A stretch of 63,971 bases of DNA, filler included, from Octopus bimaculoides (Eukaryota): assembly GCF_001194135.2 (NCBI RefSeq). It is 5 parts of 5 records of this genome, joined end to end, with 100 filler letters (N's around TTAATTAATTAA, not from the genome) between each part and the next. Parts side by side here need not be neighbours in the genome. Positions count along the whole stretch, not along the records: positions 26,452 to 34,394 come from NC_068984.1; positions 34,495 to 47,055 come from NC_069002.1; 3 more parts are not named here. The stretch is one strand, 5' to 3'. The notes below the pieces were generated by a model. That model searched no databases. It was not told the origin of the DNA and worked only from the letters and a program-made list of their open reading frames with translations. A program made the translations under genes and the position numbers. This document shows positions 26,790-38,848 of this stretch, piece after piece. Position 1 is the stretch's first letter; each line of letters starts with the position of its first letter.

Positions 26790-27470
26790 GGCACAAATTC
26801 TGTTCTTTTGTTTCCTGCAACAGTTGCATCTCCTGATGTTTCCTCCAACCAGTTCCTCAAGCTTGATATCCGCGTCGTCCTTCTCTTTCCCCTGCTTCTT
26901 CTTTCCTTTCAATCTTTCTAAATCGTTTAAGAATATTTCTCTGTTATACCAGCCACGTAGGAGCTCTTTTAGAAATCTTCATTTTGTCTTTTACAACTGA
27001 CTGGTGTCAGTATTCAATAGGCAATAAGTTATCCTTTTGGCAGGTTTATAACCAGAGACATTCGCTAATGTATAAGGAAATGTGTTAAGAAAATCGCTAT
27101 TTAAGTTAAGAATTTGGTCCTTCAACAATTTATCACATCCGTTTATTGGTGTTTTCTGACAAATATCTCCTCAACATCTCTTCCATCATAACTCAGCATT
27201 CATTGAGACTGTCAAAGAACCTTTTCTGTCACCGTCAAAGGCCGTTCTTTGTCAAATATATTTCTTTGATATTGTCAAATCTCATTGTATTTGATGAGAT
27301 TCCGGAATGGTTGCAAGAATGACTTCAAGAAATATTCTTTACAAAAGATGTAAAGTCTTTTGAAGAGTTGTTATTTATAGGTAGCCTCTGATTTTATATA
27401 TTCAGTTATTTTAATATTTGACCTCGTTAATTTAATTAATACCACACAAAATGCTAACCCCCCCCCCCCA
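26790..27470 (-). pseudogene. Highly decayed Penelope-like element (RT thumb/linker region)
   Basis: Frameshifted peptides in PLE-like order: GLAF.., ILATIPES, IFDKERP, NTFPY..NV, KMKIS, RRCNCCRK; individually weak. Confidence 0.35.
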
Positions 27471-28554
27471 AGAACAATGATTTAAAATTCTTTCGTCTTT
27501 ATAAGTTCTTCGGTATTTGGTGTTCTTCATTGATCTTCAATTATTTTGAAATTCATCAAGTTATTCATTAAAGAATATTGTGTTTAAATGTTTCTGTTTT
27601 ACGAGAAGCATTTTCTAACAAGTATTTCCAAAAAACAAAAGCAAAATGCAAAACCGTCGGAGGTCGTCGTTCTTGAGTCGAGTTAACTCTGAACTTGCGC
27701 GTTGGNNNNNNNNNNNNNNNNNNNNNNNNNNNNNNNNNNNNNNNNNNNNNNNNNNNNNNNNNNNNNNNNNNNNNNNNNNNNNNNNNNNNNNNNNNNNNNN
27801 NNAAACACACACACACAAACACTCGCTCATACACACAATTAATCACGCGCACACACACACACACACACTCGCACATACACACACACACTCGCACATATAT
27901 TCAGACACTCAAATTCACAGATGCACATATATACACATACACGTACACACATATACACATTTATACACACACACACACACACACACATGCTCACAAATAC
28001 ACACATACATACACACAAACATATGCGCACATATACGCAGACACTCACATATTCACAGACACACATATATATGCATTTATCTCCAAAAAAATACACACAC
28101 GCATACACGCACGTATACGCAGATACACATATACACATACACGTACAGACAAATACATATACACATTTACACACACGCACGCATACAAACACACACACAC
28201 ACCGAGTCATAGTTAATGGCATATACACTTGGTTACCTAGAACTAAAGTTATTTTCTTACGAGTGGGGGCTACCATCGCAGGAAACTTGGTGCTGCCGGA
28301 ATATCTGTTATGCTAGTGAAGAACATGAAGAAGAAATGACGTTTTGTTCTGATTCCATTCACTCACAGAGAATGGAATTCTAGTATTTGGAGATATTTGG
28401 CTTTATATCATGACATTGTGTCAGGTTTTGGCAATAGAAGCAATGAAGAAATTCTTGAGATTTTGGTCTTGAAAAGTACAAAGTTTACTGTTTTGGCCTT
28501 GAAATATATACAAGAATTTAGTAATGTTACTACTACTACTACTACTACTACTGA

Positions 28555-28700
28555 AAGAATCGTTAGCAAGCCGGACGAAAGGCTAAGGGGCATTTCGTCC
28601 GGCTTTAGGTTTTGGAGTTGATGAAATAAATAACAGTTGAGCACTTGGATAGATGTAATCGATTGCCCCAACCCTCAAAATTGCTGGCCTTCCGCCAAAA
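28555..28700 (+). mobile_element. SINE family B, internally deleted
   Basis: gaatcgttagcaagccggacgaaaggctaagg..gatgtaatcgattgccccaaccctcaaaattgctggcctt. Confidence 0.75.
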
Positions 28701-28728
28701 TAAGATACTACAAATATCACCACCACCG

Positions 28729-28780
<52 letters not shown>

Positions 28781-29059
28781 ATACACACACATGCATATCT
28801 CCTCGTTATCTTCTTTGCGCCCACATTTTCATGCTTGCATATGTCAGACGGAATTCATTGAGGCAGATTTTCTAGAGCCGGGTTCCCTTCCTGTAGCCGA
28901 CCCTCATTTGTTTCCAAGAAAGTCAATATTTCCCGGTGGCCAGAAATGCGATAATGGAAGATTGGAGACAAACGACGCCGCTTGTATGAGGGTGTCACCC
29001 ATTTACAGCTATGACGTGATGTCAAGACAAGGGGGCACGCACACATATACATACATCTC

Positions 29060-29200
29060 TGGCTCTGTCTATGAAATCCGTTCACGAAACTTTTGTCGGC
29101 CTGAGGCAATGGGTGAAGTAACTTGCCCAAGGTGCCACACAGTTTGACTCAACCCGAGAGCTAGTAGTTCAAAAGGAATTTCCTAATCAAACAGGCATAC
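29060..29200 (-). mobile_element. SINE family A, diverged
   Basis: cttgcccaaggtgccacacagtttgactcaacccgag. Confidence 0.7.
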
Positions 29201-29214
29201 CCGAGACTATGTAT

Positions 29215-29258
<44 letters not shown>

Positions 29259-29328
29259 NNNNNNNNNNNNNNNNNNNNNNNNNNNNNNNNNNNNNNNNNN
29301 NNNNNNNNNNNNNNNNNNNNNNNNNNNN

Positions 29329-29379
<51 letters not shown>

Positions 29380-29614
29380 TACAAATCAAAGCATACAGTA
29401 ATATAGATCAGTGGCAGCTGATCTTACCGATCGCTTTCACATAGGATGTTAGGCAATCGGATAAATACAGTAAAGTTACCGTTTCGAGTCATGACATCTC
29501 ACAAGGGCCTATTTTCACGGTTTTTGAGGTGTATATGTCTCCCACCTGGACGGGACGCTAGTCCATCGTAGGATTCCTCCTTTTTGTCAGCTGAACGGAG
29601 TGGGGCAATGTGAA

Positions 29615-29790
29615 GTACGGCTTGCACTTCTTCAAGATTCTCCACAGGATATTGTATTTGATGGAGCTTTCCTTCAACGACTAATCAGGCGTAATCCGAG
29701 GGATATTAAGCTGCTATGTCTAGGGGTTAAAGCGAACACGTAAAGGTCCCTTCCCGATAAACTAACCATAATGTTTTAATTAGACGAGTG
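29615..29790 (-). pseudogene. Penelope-like GIY-YIG endonuclease remnant
   Basis: Frameshifted EGTF..RFN..SDYA*..SLKESSIKYNILWRILKKCKPY, matching the PLE endonuclease pattern LSxYIWxLKxxxIxYxIxWxILxxxxPY. Confidence 0.55.
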
Positions 29791-29984
29791 TTTTAAAGTA
29801 GATTAAATTGTGTCAAAGGAACAGATTTTCATCAAAGTTAAGCGAGTGTTGTTGTAATGGCGACCAAGAAGATTTGAATATTTTGGTCATGATATTCTGT
29901 GAGGGAGGAAAATTAAACTATTTATAGCGTTTACCATATTTGTTCATATGTTCATCTATATTCACTGACCATTATCTCTCGAAC

Positions 29985-30035
<51 letters not shown>

Positions 30036-30168
30036 CTATATATATATACGTATATATATATATACTCACACGTATGTAAATGTGCTTATGTGTGTGTGTA
30101 TGCGTGTATGTGTGTATGTATGTATGTATATATATACTATCTCTCTCTCTCCCTCTCTCTCTCTCTCT

Positions 30169-30210
<42 letters not shown>

Positions 30211-30266
30211 ATCAAAATACAGTGAGTTATAGATGTAAATATCTATATCTATGTAAATAAATACAC

Positions 30267-30301
<35 letters not shown>

Positions 30302-30651
30302 CACGTATATATGCGCGCGCGTGCGAGTGCATATATATATATATATATATGTATATGTACCACTTTAGTTTGGCATCCTGATGTAAACGATATTTACAGG
30401 AAATACCCGCTGTTGGAGCTACGCTATCCTCTACGTGTGATTCCCACAATGCATCTCTGAAGATTGTGCCACTGCATGACGTTGAAGCTTCATCACTTTT
30501 GTCAGGACGCCATCTTAAACGATTGCTTTCATTTTTCCCTTCGATCGTTTGATCTTATTTTACAAAGAAGTGTTTTGCTAATCTTCGTTCTTTATCTTAC
30601 AACCTTTCAACGAATGGGGTCTTTGATTAACGTCAGTTCTTCCTTTGTAGA

Positions 30652-30693
<42 letters not shown>

Positions 30694-31190
30694 AAGGCAA
30701 ATCAATTAATATATTTTCCCCTCATTCCGTTTCTATGCCTTTCTCTCTCACTTACCTACTCCCTAATTTTCTCTCTGTGTCTTCCTTTCTATGTATCCTG
30801 ATGTTGTGTATACTCCCCTCTTAATCACTCTTTGTTTAATCATCCTCCTCCTCCTCCTNNNNNNNNNNNNNNNNNNNNNNNNNNNNNNNNNNNNNNNNNN
30901 NNNNNNNNNNNNNNNNNNNNNNNNNNNNNNNNNNNNNNNNNNNNNNNNNNNNNNNNNNNNNNNNNNNNNNNNNNNNNNNNNNNNNNNNNNNNNNNNNNNN
31001 NNNNNNNNNNNNNNNNNNNNNNNNNNNNNNNNNNNNNNNNNNNNNNNNNNNNNNNNNNNNNNNNNNNNNNNNNNNNNNNNNNNNNNNNNNNNNNNNNNNN
31101 NNNNNNNNNNNNNNNNNNNNNNNNNNNNNNNNNNNNNNNNNNNNNNNNNNNNNNNNNNNNNNNNNNNNNNNNNNNNNNNNNNNNNNNNNN

Positions 31191-31224
<34 letters not shown>

Positions 31225-31571
31225 TAAACTTATATATCCACACATATATAGGTCTAATATTTTCTATATTTAGTAATCTGTATGCATATGTACGTACATA
31301 CATACATGCATACATTCACAGACACACGCACGCAAACACACATACACGCACACATGCCTCCCCACACACGCACATGCGCACACATGTAATAGACATATTT
31401 ATCTTTCTGCATTGCAATGTCTTAGTAATCTGCGTTTGTGTATGTATGTGTATATATGTATATATGTTTATTTGTGTATTGATATTAAACAATGAACCAA
31501 AAAGAAGAGAACGTGAGAGGCAAGCTTTAATAAATGTAGAATACGTTTAACTTTTAAAAAGAAAAGAGTCA

Positions 31572-31601
31572 TGACGTTTCGGACACTAGTCCTTCATCAG
31601 A
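31572..31601 (-). ncRNA. Hammerhead core motif (PLE pLTR type)
   Basis: Minus strand CUGAUGA-a-ggac[uagu]gucc-GAAAC; core and stem II perfect, stems I and III not resolvable. Confidence 0.4.
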
Positions 31602-31949
31602 AGAATGATAGAAAAAAAAAGAAGTGACAAAGGTGGTTATAAAATATAAACAATGAGAAATAGTGAGAATAGGGCTAGGTGAGAACGTATTTCCATGGTA
31701 CATTTAGGAAGGGGAGGGAGACCTAGGATGGGAGGATATCTGTATACGGAGATATCTCTAGGGGGTGCGTATGCTGTGTGGAGGTGCGCAGGTATGTGAG
31801 TGTAGAGGTGTCGGGAAGATGGTGGATCGGCGTAATTGTATTGTATTTGTGAGGAAAGCGTGGAGGGAAGATGACGTGGCGGGTGCGAGTAGGAGGCAAG
31901 AGGAATGTGGAATTGAAGTAAAAAACTTATGAAAAATATAACAAAATAT

Positions 31950-32580
31950 TAAAATGAAAATATTAGTGACAAGCCTGGAGGTTATGAAGCATACACGATA
32001 TCTGCAAAAAGCAATAAAATGATACAAACGGATAACAGAATGTCGTTGTAGTGAGCACATACAAGAAAACAAAAGAGGAAACAGCGAGGTACAATTTATG
32101 GTCAAATACCCCCTATTAAAATAAGGCACTAGCATTCTGGTATAAAAGATTTTGGTGGATGTCTAAAAGTTCCGTGCAGACGAAGGATGCCAAAATAGGG
32201 CTAACATCAAGTGCCCAGTGAATCGTCAATGGAACACAGGCCAAGGTCTACGAAGCATAGATGTTGTTTAAGAACAACAGAGGGAGACGCATAGAGATAT
32301 ATAAAAGCGCAACGGGAGAACCCTTTAAGACCAGGTTAAATAATCATAGATCTTCTTTTAGAATCCTGGAGAGGCGCAATGTAGCAACTTGAGCGAGTTA
32401 CACATGGCAATTAAACGTGATGAAAGGCCGTACAAAAAAAAAATTGGAAACTGTTGGAAACATCCTGGGACATGGCTGGATGGAAATAGACATTGCAAGC
32501 TTTGCTTGACTGAGAGGAAATTCATCCTAAAATTTTCACTAAATTCAAGTGCTTTTCTTAACTCAAAGGCGATATATTTC
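31950..32580 (+). pseudogene. Penelope-like element remnant (thumb end plus GIY-YIG endonuclease)
   Basis: RKQKRKQRGTI-WSNTPY, KCPVNRQW, VYEA, EPFKTRLNNHRSSFR, LSELHMAIK, RHCKLCLTERKFILK..FLNSK across frameshifts. Confidence 0.72.
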
Positions 32581-32958
32581 ATTGTTGCCCTCTTAGTTTT
32601 GGCAACGTGTGTATCCATCCATCGATTCATCCCTACCAACACATACATACATACATACATACATACATACATACACGCATGCATGCATACATACATACAT
32701 ATATACATACATACATACATACATGCATACATTCATACATACATACATACATATATACATTCATACACACATGAATACATACATATCTCCAGCATAAAGG
32801 AGGTAATGCACTTCCGGGAAATGTGTCTGAAGAGTCCTCGATATTGCCGTGAAGTGCGACAGTCGACGCAAAACCGACTGTTACATTCTAACCAGTACTA
32901 TGCCATAATCTGTAATCAATGCCCGACAAATTATACATACATAAATACATACATACAT

Positions 32959-33118
32959 CACTAGTGTAGCTGGGGGGGGGGGGTCAGCCCACCCCAGGCT
33001 GCACTTTTAAAGGGGCACCATTTTGAGTCTGCTGTAGGCAAAATGTGTTTTATGGGAGGTCATGGGGCGATAAACGGAAGGGCCACCCCGGGCGGTACAC
33101 ACTCTAGCTATGTTAGTG
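32959..33118. mobile_element. Degenerate hAT-like MITE (160 bp)
   Basis: Ends cactagtgtagctgggg and ctctagctatgttagtg (12/17 inverted match); flanks acatacat / gcatacgt (6/8) within a (CATA)n-like tract. Confidence 0.45.
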
Positions 33119-34112
33119 GCATACGTACATACACGCGTAGGAACATACATACATACAGATACACATACATCACGAGACTATAGGATGTTGTTACACATCG
33201 CCGGTCACAATGCGATTTGTACCGTTTTAGCTCTCGAAGTGTGCCATTCCGATGAACAGGCAAGCAGGCCAACGTTTCCTCATGATCAGAAGGATAATCT
33301 GTCGTTGGATGATTCACTTACGGCGGAGTGGACTGAAGCAGCGTGAAATGAAGTGATTTGCTCAAGAACACCGGAAATCGAACCTAGCGATTGTGAATGC
33401 AACACCCTACCCACTAGGCCATGCACATACATACACACATAAATTCAACCATCCATCCATCCATCCAGTCAGCCAGCCAGCCAGCCAGCTAGCCATCCAT
33501 CCATCAATCCATCCGTCCACTCATCCATCCATCCATCCATCCATCCATAGATATACATATGTTTGAAGAACATAGACAATTACGGATATTTCGAATACCA
33601 CAGAACATAAATTCTTGATTTATTGACATTATCTCTGCTTGTAGAGGACGAACCACAATTACCAAATGACAACTGAGAACAGTTCTTTATGAGAAGAGGT
33701 GACTCATATCCACCACTGCTCTCTTATCTCCAGACGATAAGCCTGTCCTATTATTTGATAGCTTTTCAACTTTGGAGATGTTTGATTTTTGCGATTATCT
33801 CCCTTTCTCATGTGGAGTTGGTTTCAATTCCTATTTGGGAATTCTGACACATGCCCTTGAGGCGAAAATAATTTTAAGAAATTAAGAATTCAAGTTGTAT
33901 AATATTTAATATACCTGTTTTTGTCTACGTTGTGTGTATGGAAAACCGTACGTTTTGTGAAGTGTCTAACAATATAATTTGTCGTAAATATTGCGTAACT
34001 GTTCACAGGGAACCATTTATAAGCAACGGCATTAAAAACGCAGTCGTACCCAAACAATTGTAACTAATAAATATAGACGCGCTAAATTCCCCATCTCCCA
34101 CCACCTCCCTCG

Positions 34113-34170
<58 letters not shown>

Positions 34171-34171
34171 G

Positions 34172-34212
<41 letters not shown>

Positions 34213-34618
34213 GGACGGACGGTAGACGTGTCGGCTCTGTAAGTTTTGCCTTTTTCATGTTTTAAAAAGTTTGTTTGTAAAATTTATTTTATATACAAAG
34301 TTGTATAACAACTTGTAGACTCTCTGGTGCAAGTTTTTTGCGACGGAAATCTGCCCTGTGTGGCACATTTCCAGGATATAAAAACCAATTTCGGNNNNNN
34401 NNNNNNNNNNNNNNNNNNNNNNNNNNNNNNNNNNNNNNTTAATTAATTAANNNNNNNNNNNNNNNNNNNNNNNNNNNNNNNNNNNNNNNNNNNNTCTCTC
34501 TCTCTCTTCCTGTCTCTCTCTTCTTTTCTTTCTTTCTCTCTTTCTCTCTCTCTTCTTTTCTTTCTGTCTCTCTCTCTCTTCTCTTCTTTCTCTCTCACTT
34601 CCTGTGTGTGTGTGTGTG

Positions 34619-34652
<34 letters not shown>

Positions 34653-34884
34653 CTTTTATGATCATCACATGGAAAATATGTTTGTGTATAAATGTGTAAG
34701 TGTGGGTGTGTTTGTATATGTGCGTGGATACAAGCATAAATACGCACACACACATTTGTATCTCTATGCATGTGTATATAATATATACAGACACACAAGC
34801 TGTATATAAATATATATGTACATATTATTGTGTGTGTATCTGTATGTATGTACATATATATACTTATATATCAACATACATATG

Positions 34885-34933
<49 letters not shown>

Positions 34934-35015
34934 ACACACACACATGCATATAAATATACATAAATATATGTGCACATATATCTGTATAAGCATATGCATA
35001 CACATATACATACAT

Positions 35016-35055
<40 letters not shown>

Positions 35056-35450
35056 ACGTATACATATATAAATGTGTGTGCATCTGTATGTATATCTGTA
35101 TCAATCTCTAGGTGTGTGTGTCGGTCCCATTTAGTATGTATTTGTATATGAACGCATGTGTGTATGAAATGTTTCATTGCAGTAGAATGTGCATGAAACC
35201 TTGCATTCATTGTGTGCGTGTGCGTGCATGTGTATATGTGTGTGCATGTGTGTGTTACGGAGAGGGGAAAATATGAGTGACTTTCATAAGCTAGACTGTG
35301 TATGTTTATATATGTTTGAGTATATGTGAATGTGACTATATATATGCAAGGAATTATGTGTATGTGTGTGCGATTATGTAGATGCGTGCATGTAGATTGC
35401 GTATGTGTTTGTATACATGTTTGTATATATTTGGGTGTGTGTGTGTGTGC

Positions 35451-35484
<34 letters not shown>

Positions 35485-35561
35485 CAATATGTGTTTGTAA
35501 ATATGTGTATAGGTGTACATGTGTGTGTGTTTGGGTGTGTATATCTATATGTGTGTGTATG

Positions 35562-35632
<71 letters not shown>

Positions 35633-35652
35633 GAGTACGGTGTGTATATGGT

Positions 35653-35687
<35 letters not shown>

Positions 35688-36113
35688 ATTGGTGTGTGCT
35701 AAGAGGAATTGATTTCTTTGAGAGCAAGTGGAACCGTAAATGTGTGTCAGAACAGCATAAAAGTAAAATGTTTGTTTGATATGTAGAGAATGGTAGAGAA
35801 TGGTAATATTTGTGAAGATGGAACCAGCTTTAGAACTCTCACAATATTCACACTAAATACTAAACACAAGAGAAACAAATAGGCTTTTTTTTATATATAT
35901 ATTCTCTCTCTCTCTCTCATCTTTTCTTCCTCTCTCTGTTTCTCACTTTCTTTGTTTCTTTTTCTCTCTTCCTGTCTTTCTCTTTTTTCTCTCTCTCTCT
36001 CTTCCTGTCTCTCTCTTCTTTTCTTTCTTTCTCTCTTTCTCTCTCTCTTCTTTTCTTTCTGTCTCTCTCTCTCTTCTCTTCTTTCTCTCTCACTTCCTGT
36101 GTGTGTGTGTGTG

Positions 36114-36147
<34 letters not shown>

Positions 36148-37245
36148 CTTTTATGATCATCACATGGANNNNNNNNNNNNNNNNNNNNNNNNNNNNNNNN
36201 NNNNNNNNNNNNNNNNNNNNNNNNNNNNNNNNNNNNNNNNNNNNNNNNNNNNNNNNNNNNNNNNNNNNNNNNNNNNNNNNNNNNNNNNNNNNNNNNNNNN
36301 NNNNNNNNNNNNNNNNNNNNNNNNNNNNNNNNNNNNNNNNNNNNNNNNNNNNNNNNNNNNNNNNNNNNNNNNNNNNNNNNNNNNNNNNNNNNNNNNNNNN
36401 NNNNNNNNNNNNNNNNNNNNNNNNNNNNNNNNNNNNNNNNNNNNNNNNNNNNNNNNNNNNNNNNNNNNNNNNNNNNNNNNNNNNNNNNNNNNNNNNNNNN
36501 NNNNNNNNNNNNNNNNNNNNNNNNNNNNNNNNNNNNNNNNNNNNNNNNNNNNNNNNNNNNNNNNNNNNNNNNNNNNNNNNNNNNNNNNNNNNNNNNNNNN
36601 NNNNNNNNNNNNNNNNNNNNNNNNNNNNNNNNNNNNNNNNNNNNNNNNNNNNNNNNNNNNNNNNNNNNNNNNNNNNNNNNNNNNNNNNNNNNNNNNNNNN
36701 NNNNNNNNNNNNNNNNNNNNNNNNNNNNNNNNNNNNNNNNNNNNNNNNNNNNNNNNNNNNNNNNNNNNNNATATATATATATATGTGTGTGTGTGTGTGT
36801 ATGTATACATAGTGAAAAAGAGAGTCAGACATACCGAGTGGGAAGGAGTGATGGAAAGAGCAGAAATTAACCATCTCATATTCTCGTCTTTAAATATCTT
36901 TCCAATTTTTTGTTTTTTTTGCCCTATTGTCTGAAAATCATAAATTCAGTCCTCAGTGTATTGCAAGTGAAGTTGGTACGAAAGACGAGGTCATTAGATC
37001 TAGGAGTTGACAAATTTATGACTAAATTGTCACCAACATACACTGCAGAGCTGATGGTTGCCAGTAACAAAAGTATATCACATGTACAGGCTTCATAATC
37101 TAGCCTGCCTCAGTCTGTCTGGCTGACGAGCCAGTTTGATGTCGTATATTTATGGTGGAAAGCATCATCAAACTCGATTTTCATGACACAAGGAATCATC
37201 GTAATCTCCATTATCTTCATTCAAAATTTTCATCACTCGTTAGGG

Positions 37246-37527
37246 TTATCTCTCCAGATATTCTGTAGAAATTATATCCAGCATTGAGTTTTGTTACGAT
37301 GTTTCATACTTGAGATGTCAGAGGCAAACAAACAATGAGATTGAAGATGAAAAAGGTTAATGGGTGTACATACCATATTTCTGGCATCTTTGCTCCTTCA
37401 TCAGCACCCATCTAAGCCGTTGATCATCTTCAATTGCATTGTTTGTTTACCTCTGATGTCTCGGATACGAAACATCATAACATATCAGTGCTGGTTTATA
37501 GTTTCTATAGCAAATCTATAGAGATAA
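37246..37527. repeat. Long imperfect inverted repeat (~105-bp arms, 73-bp loop)
   Basis: 37293-37350 vs reverse complement of 37424-37481 match at 48/58; similarity continues out to 37246 and 37527. Confidence 0.9.
37360..37411 (-). ncRNA. Type I hammerhead-ribozyme-like motif in the hairpin loop
   Basis: augggug-CUGAUGA-aggagcaaagaugcca-GAAA-uau[ggu]au-GUA-cacccau: 7-bp stem I, intact core, stem III, GUA triplet; stem II imperfect. Confidence 0.55.
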
Positions 37528-37649
37528 ACTTAATAAATGATATAATAGCACTGCTAACACAGTAGAACACAGTATTGACTTATAAAACAATGTTTACTAT
37601 ACTTTATAGTATTTTACAGTTGCATAACGAAATACCGTGTCCCTACAAG

Positions 37650-38040
37650 TCATTAACATGGAAAGTTTGTTTTCTGTGTTGACATGGGTTGGATTGTTCA
37701 ACAGAGGCTGGTGAACCAGAGGATTGTCCCGAGTGCCAATGTCTGCTTTGGCATGGTTTCTACAGTTGGGTGTCTTTCCTAATCCCACCCAACTTACAGA
37801 GCGCACTGGGTGTTTTTAACATGGCACCGGTACCAGTGAGATTGTCAAGTAGCTTGGAGGACAAGGCCCCCTCAACTGAGATAGAATTGGTATTGAGGGA
37901 AGTGGTTTTGTGCCAGGTGATGAGATGTTTGAGTATAACAGGGTGGGTGGTGGAGGAACAGGTGTCTTGCTACTGGCTGATACATGGTTACTCCAGTTGG
38001 AAAAGGAGACAGGATGGTGATGAAGATGTATCAGCCCGTA
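37650..38040 (-). mobile_element. Family D retroposon 3' end, diverged
   Basis: catgggttggat..tttggcatggtttctacagttgggtgtctttcctaat blocks shared with other D copies. Confidence 0.65.
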
Positions 38041-38196
38041 TCCTCATGTTACAGAAAGATGAATAAAGTGGTTGAGGTGGGTAGATAAGTTTGTGGGAGG
38101 AATGTGAAAGTTGAAGGTTGTAAATAAGTTTTCTATTCATTTCTATGGCCATATTATGCTGAAAACATAATTCAAATGTCTGGTCCTCAAAGTTAA

Positions 38197-38600
38197 CCCT
38201 TTAACATTCAGATTCCTCTGTCAAATGCTTTTTTATTCACATTGTTTAGGATTAATCATTCATTATCTTGTAGATTTTTTTTTTTTTGATGTGATTGTTT
38301 ATTTTTAGAATGACTTTGTAGGTATGAGAGGCCAAATCTGGTCAGTTTGGACATAAAACTGGTAGAATATTTGGATCAGACCTGGCTTGTTAAACTGTTT
38401 GGGATTTAGATTATTCTATCAAATGTAACGTTTGTTTATTCATGTTGTTTTAAATTAATCACACATTGTTTCATAACTTTGGGATTGGTTATTTTTAGCA
38501 TAACATTTTAGGATAGATGTGAGAGACCAGATATGACTGGTATGACTATAAAACAGGTAGAATATTTGGGCTGGATATGGCCAGTTTAAATGTTAAATAT
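38197..38600. mobile_element. TTAA-flanked (piggyBac-like) non-autonomous element made of two ~190-bp tandem units
   Basis: Starts ttaa|ccctttaacattcag, ends degenerate gtttaaatgttaaa; taaaac(t/a)ggtagaatatttgg block occurs twice. Confidence 0.5.
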
Positions 38601-38682
38601 GTTGAGTATTGTTCGTTATTTAGATGAGTGATTATTTGGGAAGTCTACATACTGTAAGTGTCACCATTAGTTTTAATAGCTG

Positions 38683-38835
38683 TAGTTACGGCTGAGTGGA
38701 GATGAAGTTTGCTTCAAAACCATTTGGTGTTTAGTTCAGTTCACTGCTCTGCAGTTTAGGCAAGTCTCTTCTACTATAGCTCTAAGCTGACCAAAACCTT
38801 GTGAATGAATTTAATTGGCAAAAATGGAAAAGAAA
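38683..38835 (+). mobile_element. SINE family A, old copy
   Basis: ggcaagtctcttctactatagctctaagctgaccaaaaccttgtgaatgaattt. Confidence 0.7.
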
Positions 38836-38848
38836 ACACCCACATGTA

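Noticed and set aside
30500-30516. Minus-strand AAGATGGCG YY1/Kozak-like motif; similar CCAACATGGC near 10250
   Set aside because: Short motifs; the first ATG is followed by a stop after two codons and there is no other promoter evidence
34495-36168. Near-identical ~175-bp direct repeat (34495-34673 and ~35990-36167, period ~1495 bp)
   Set aside because: Both copies abut gaps and one follows an artificial linker; most likely contig overlap or misassembly. Long reads would be needed to call it real
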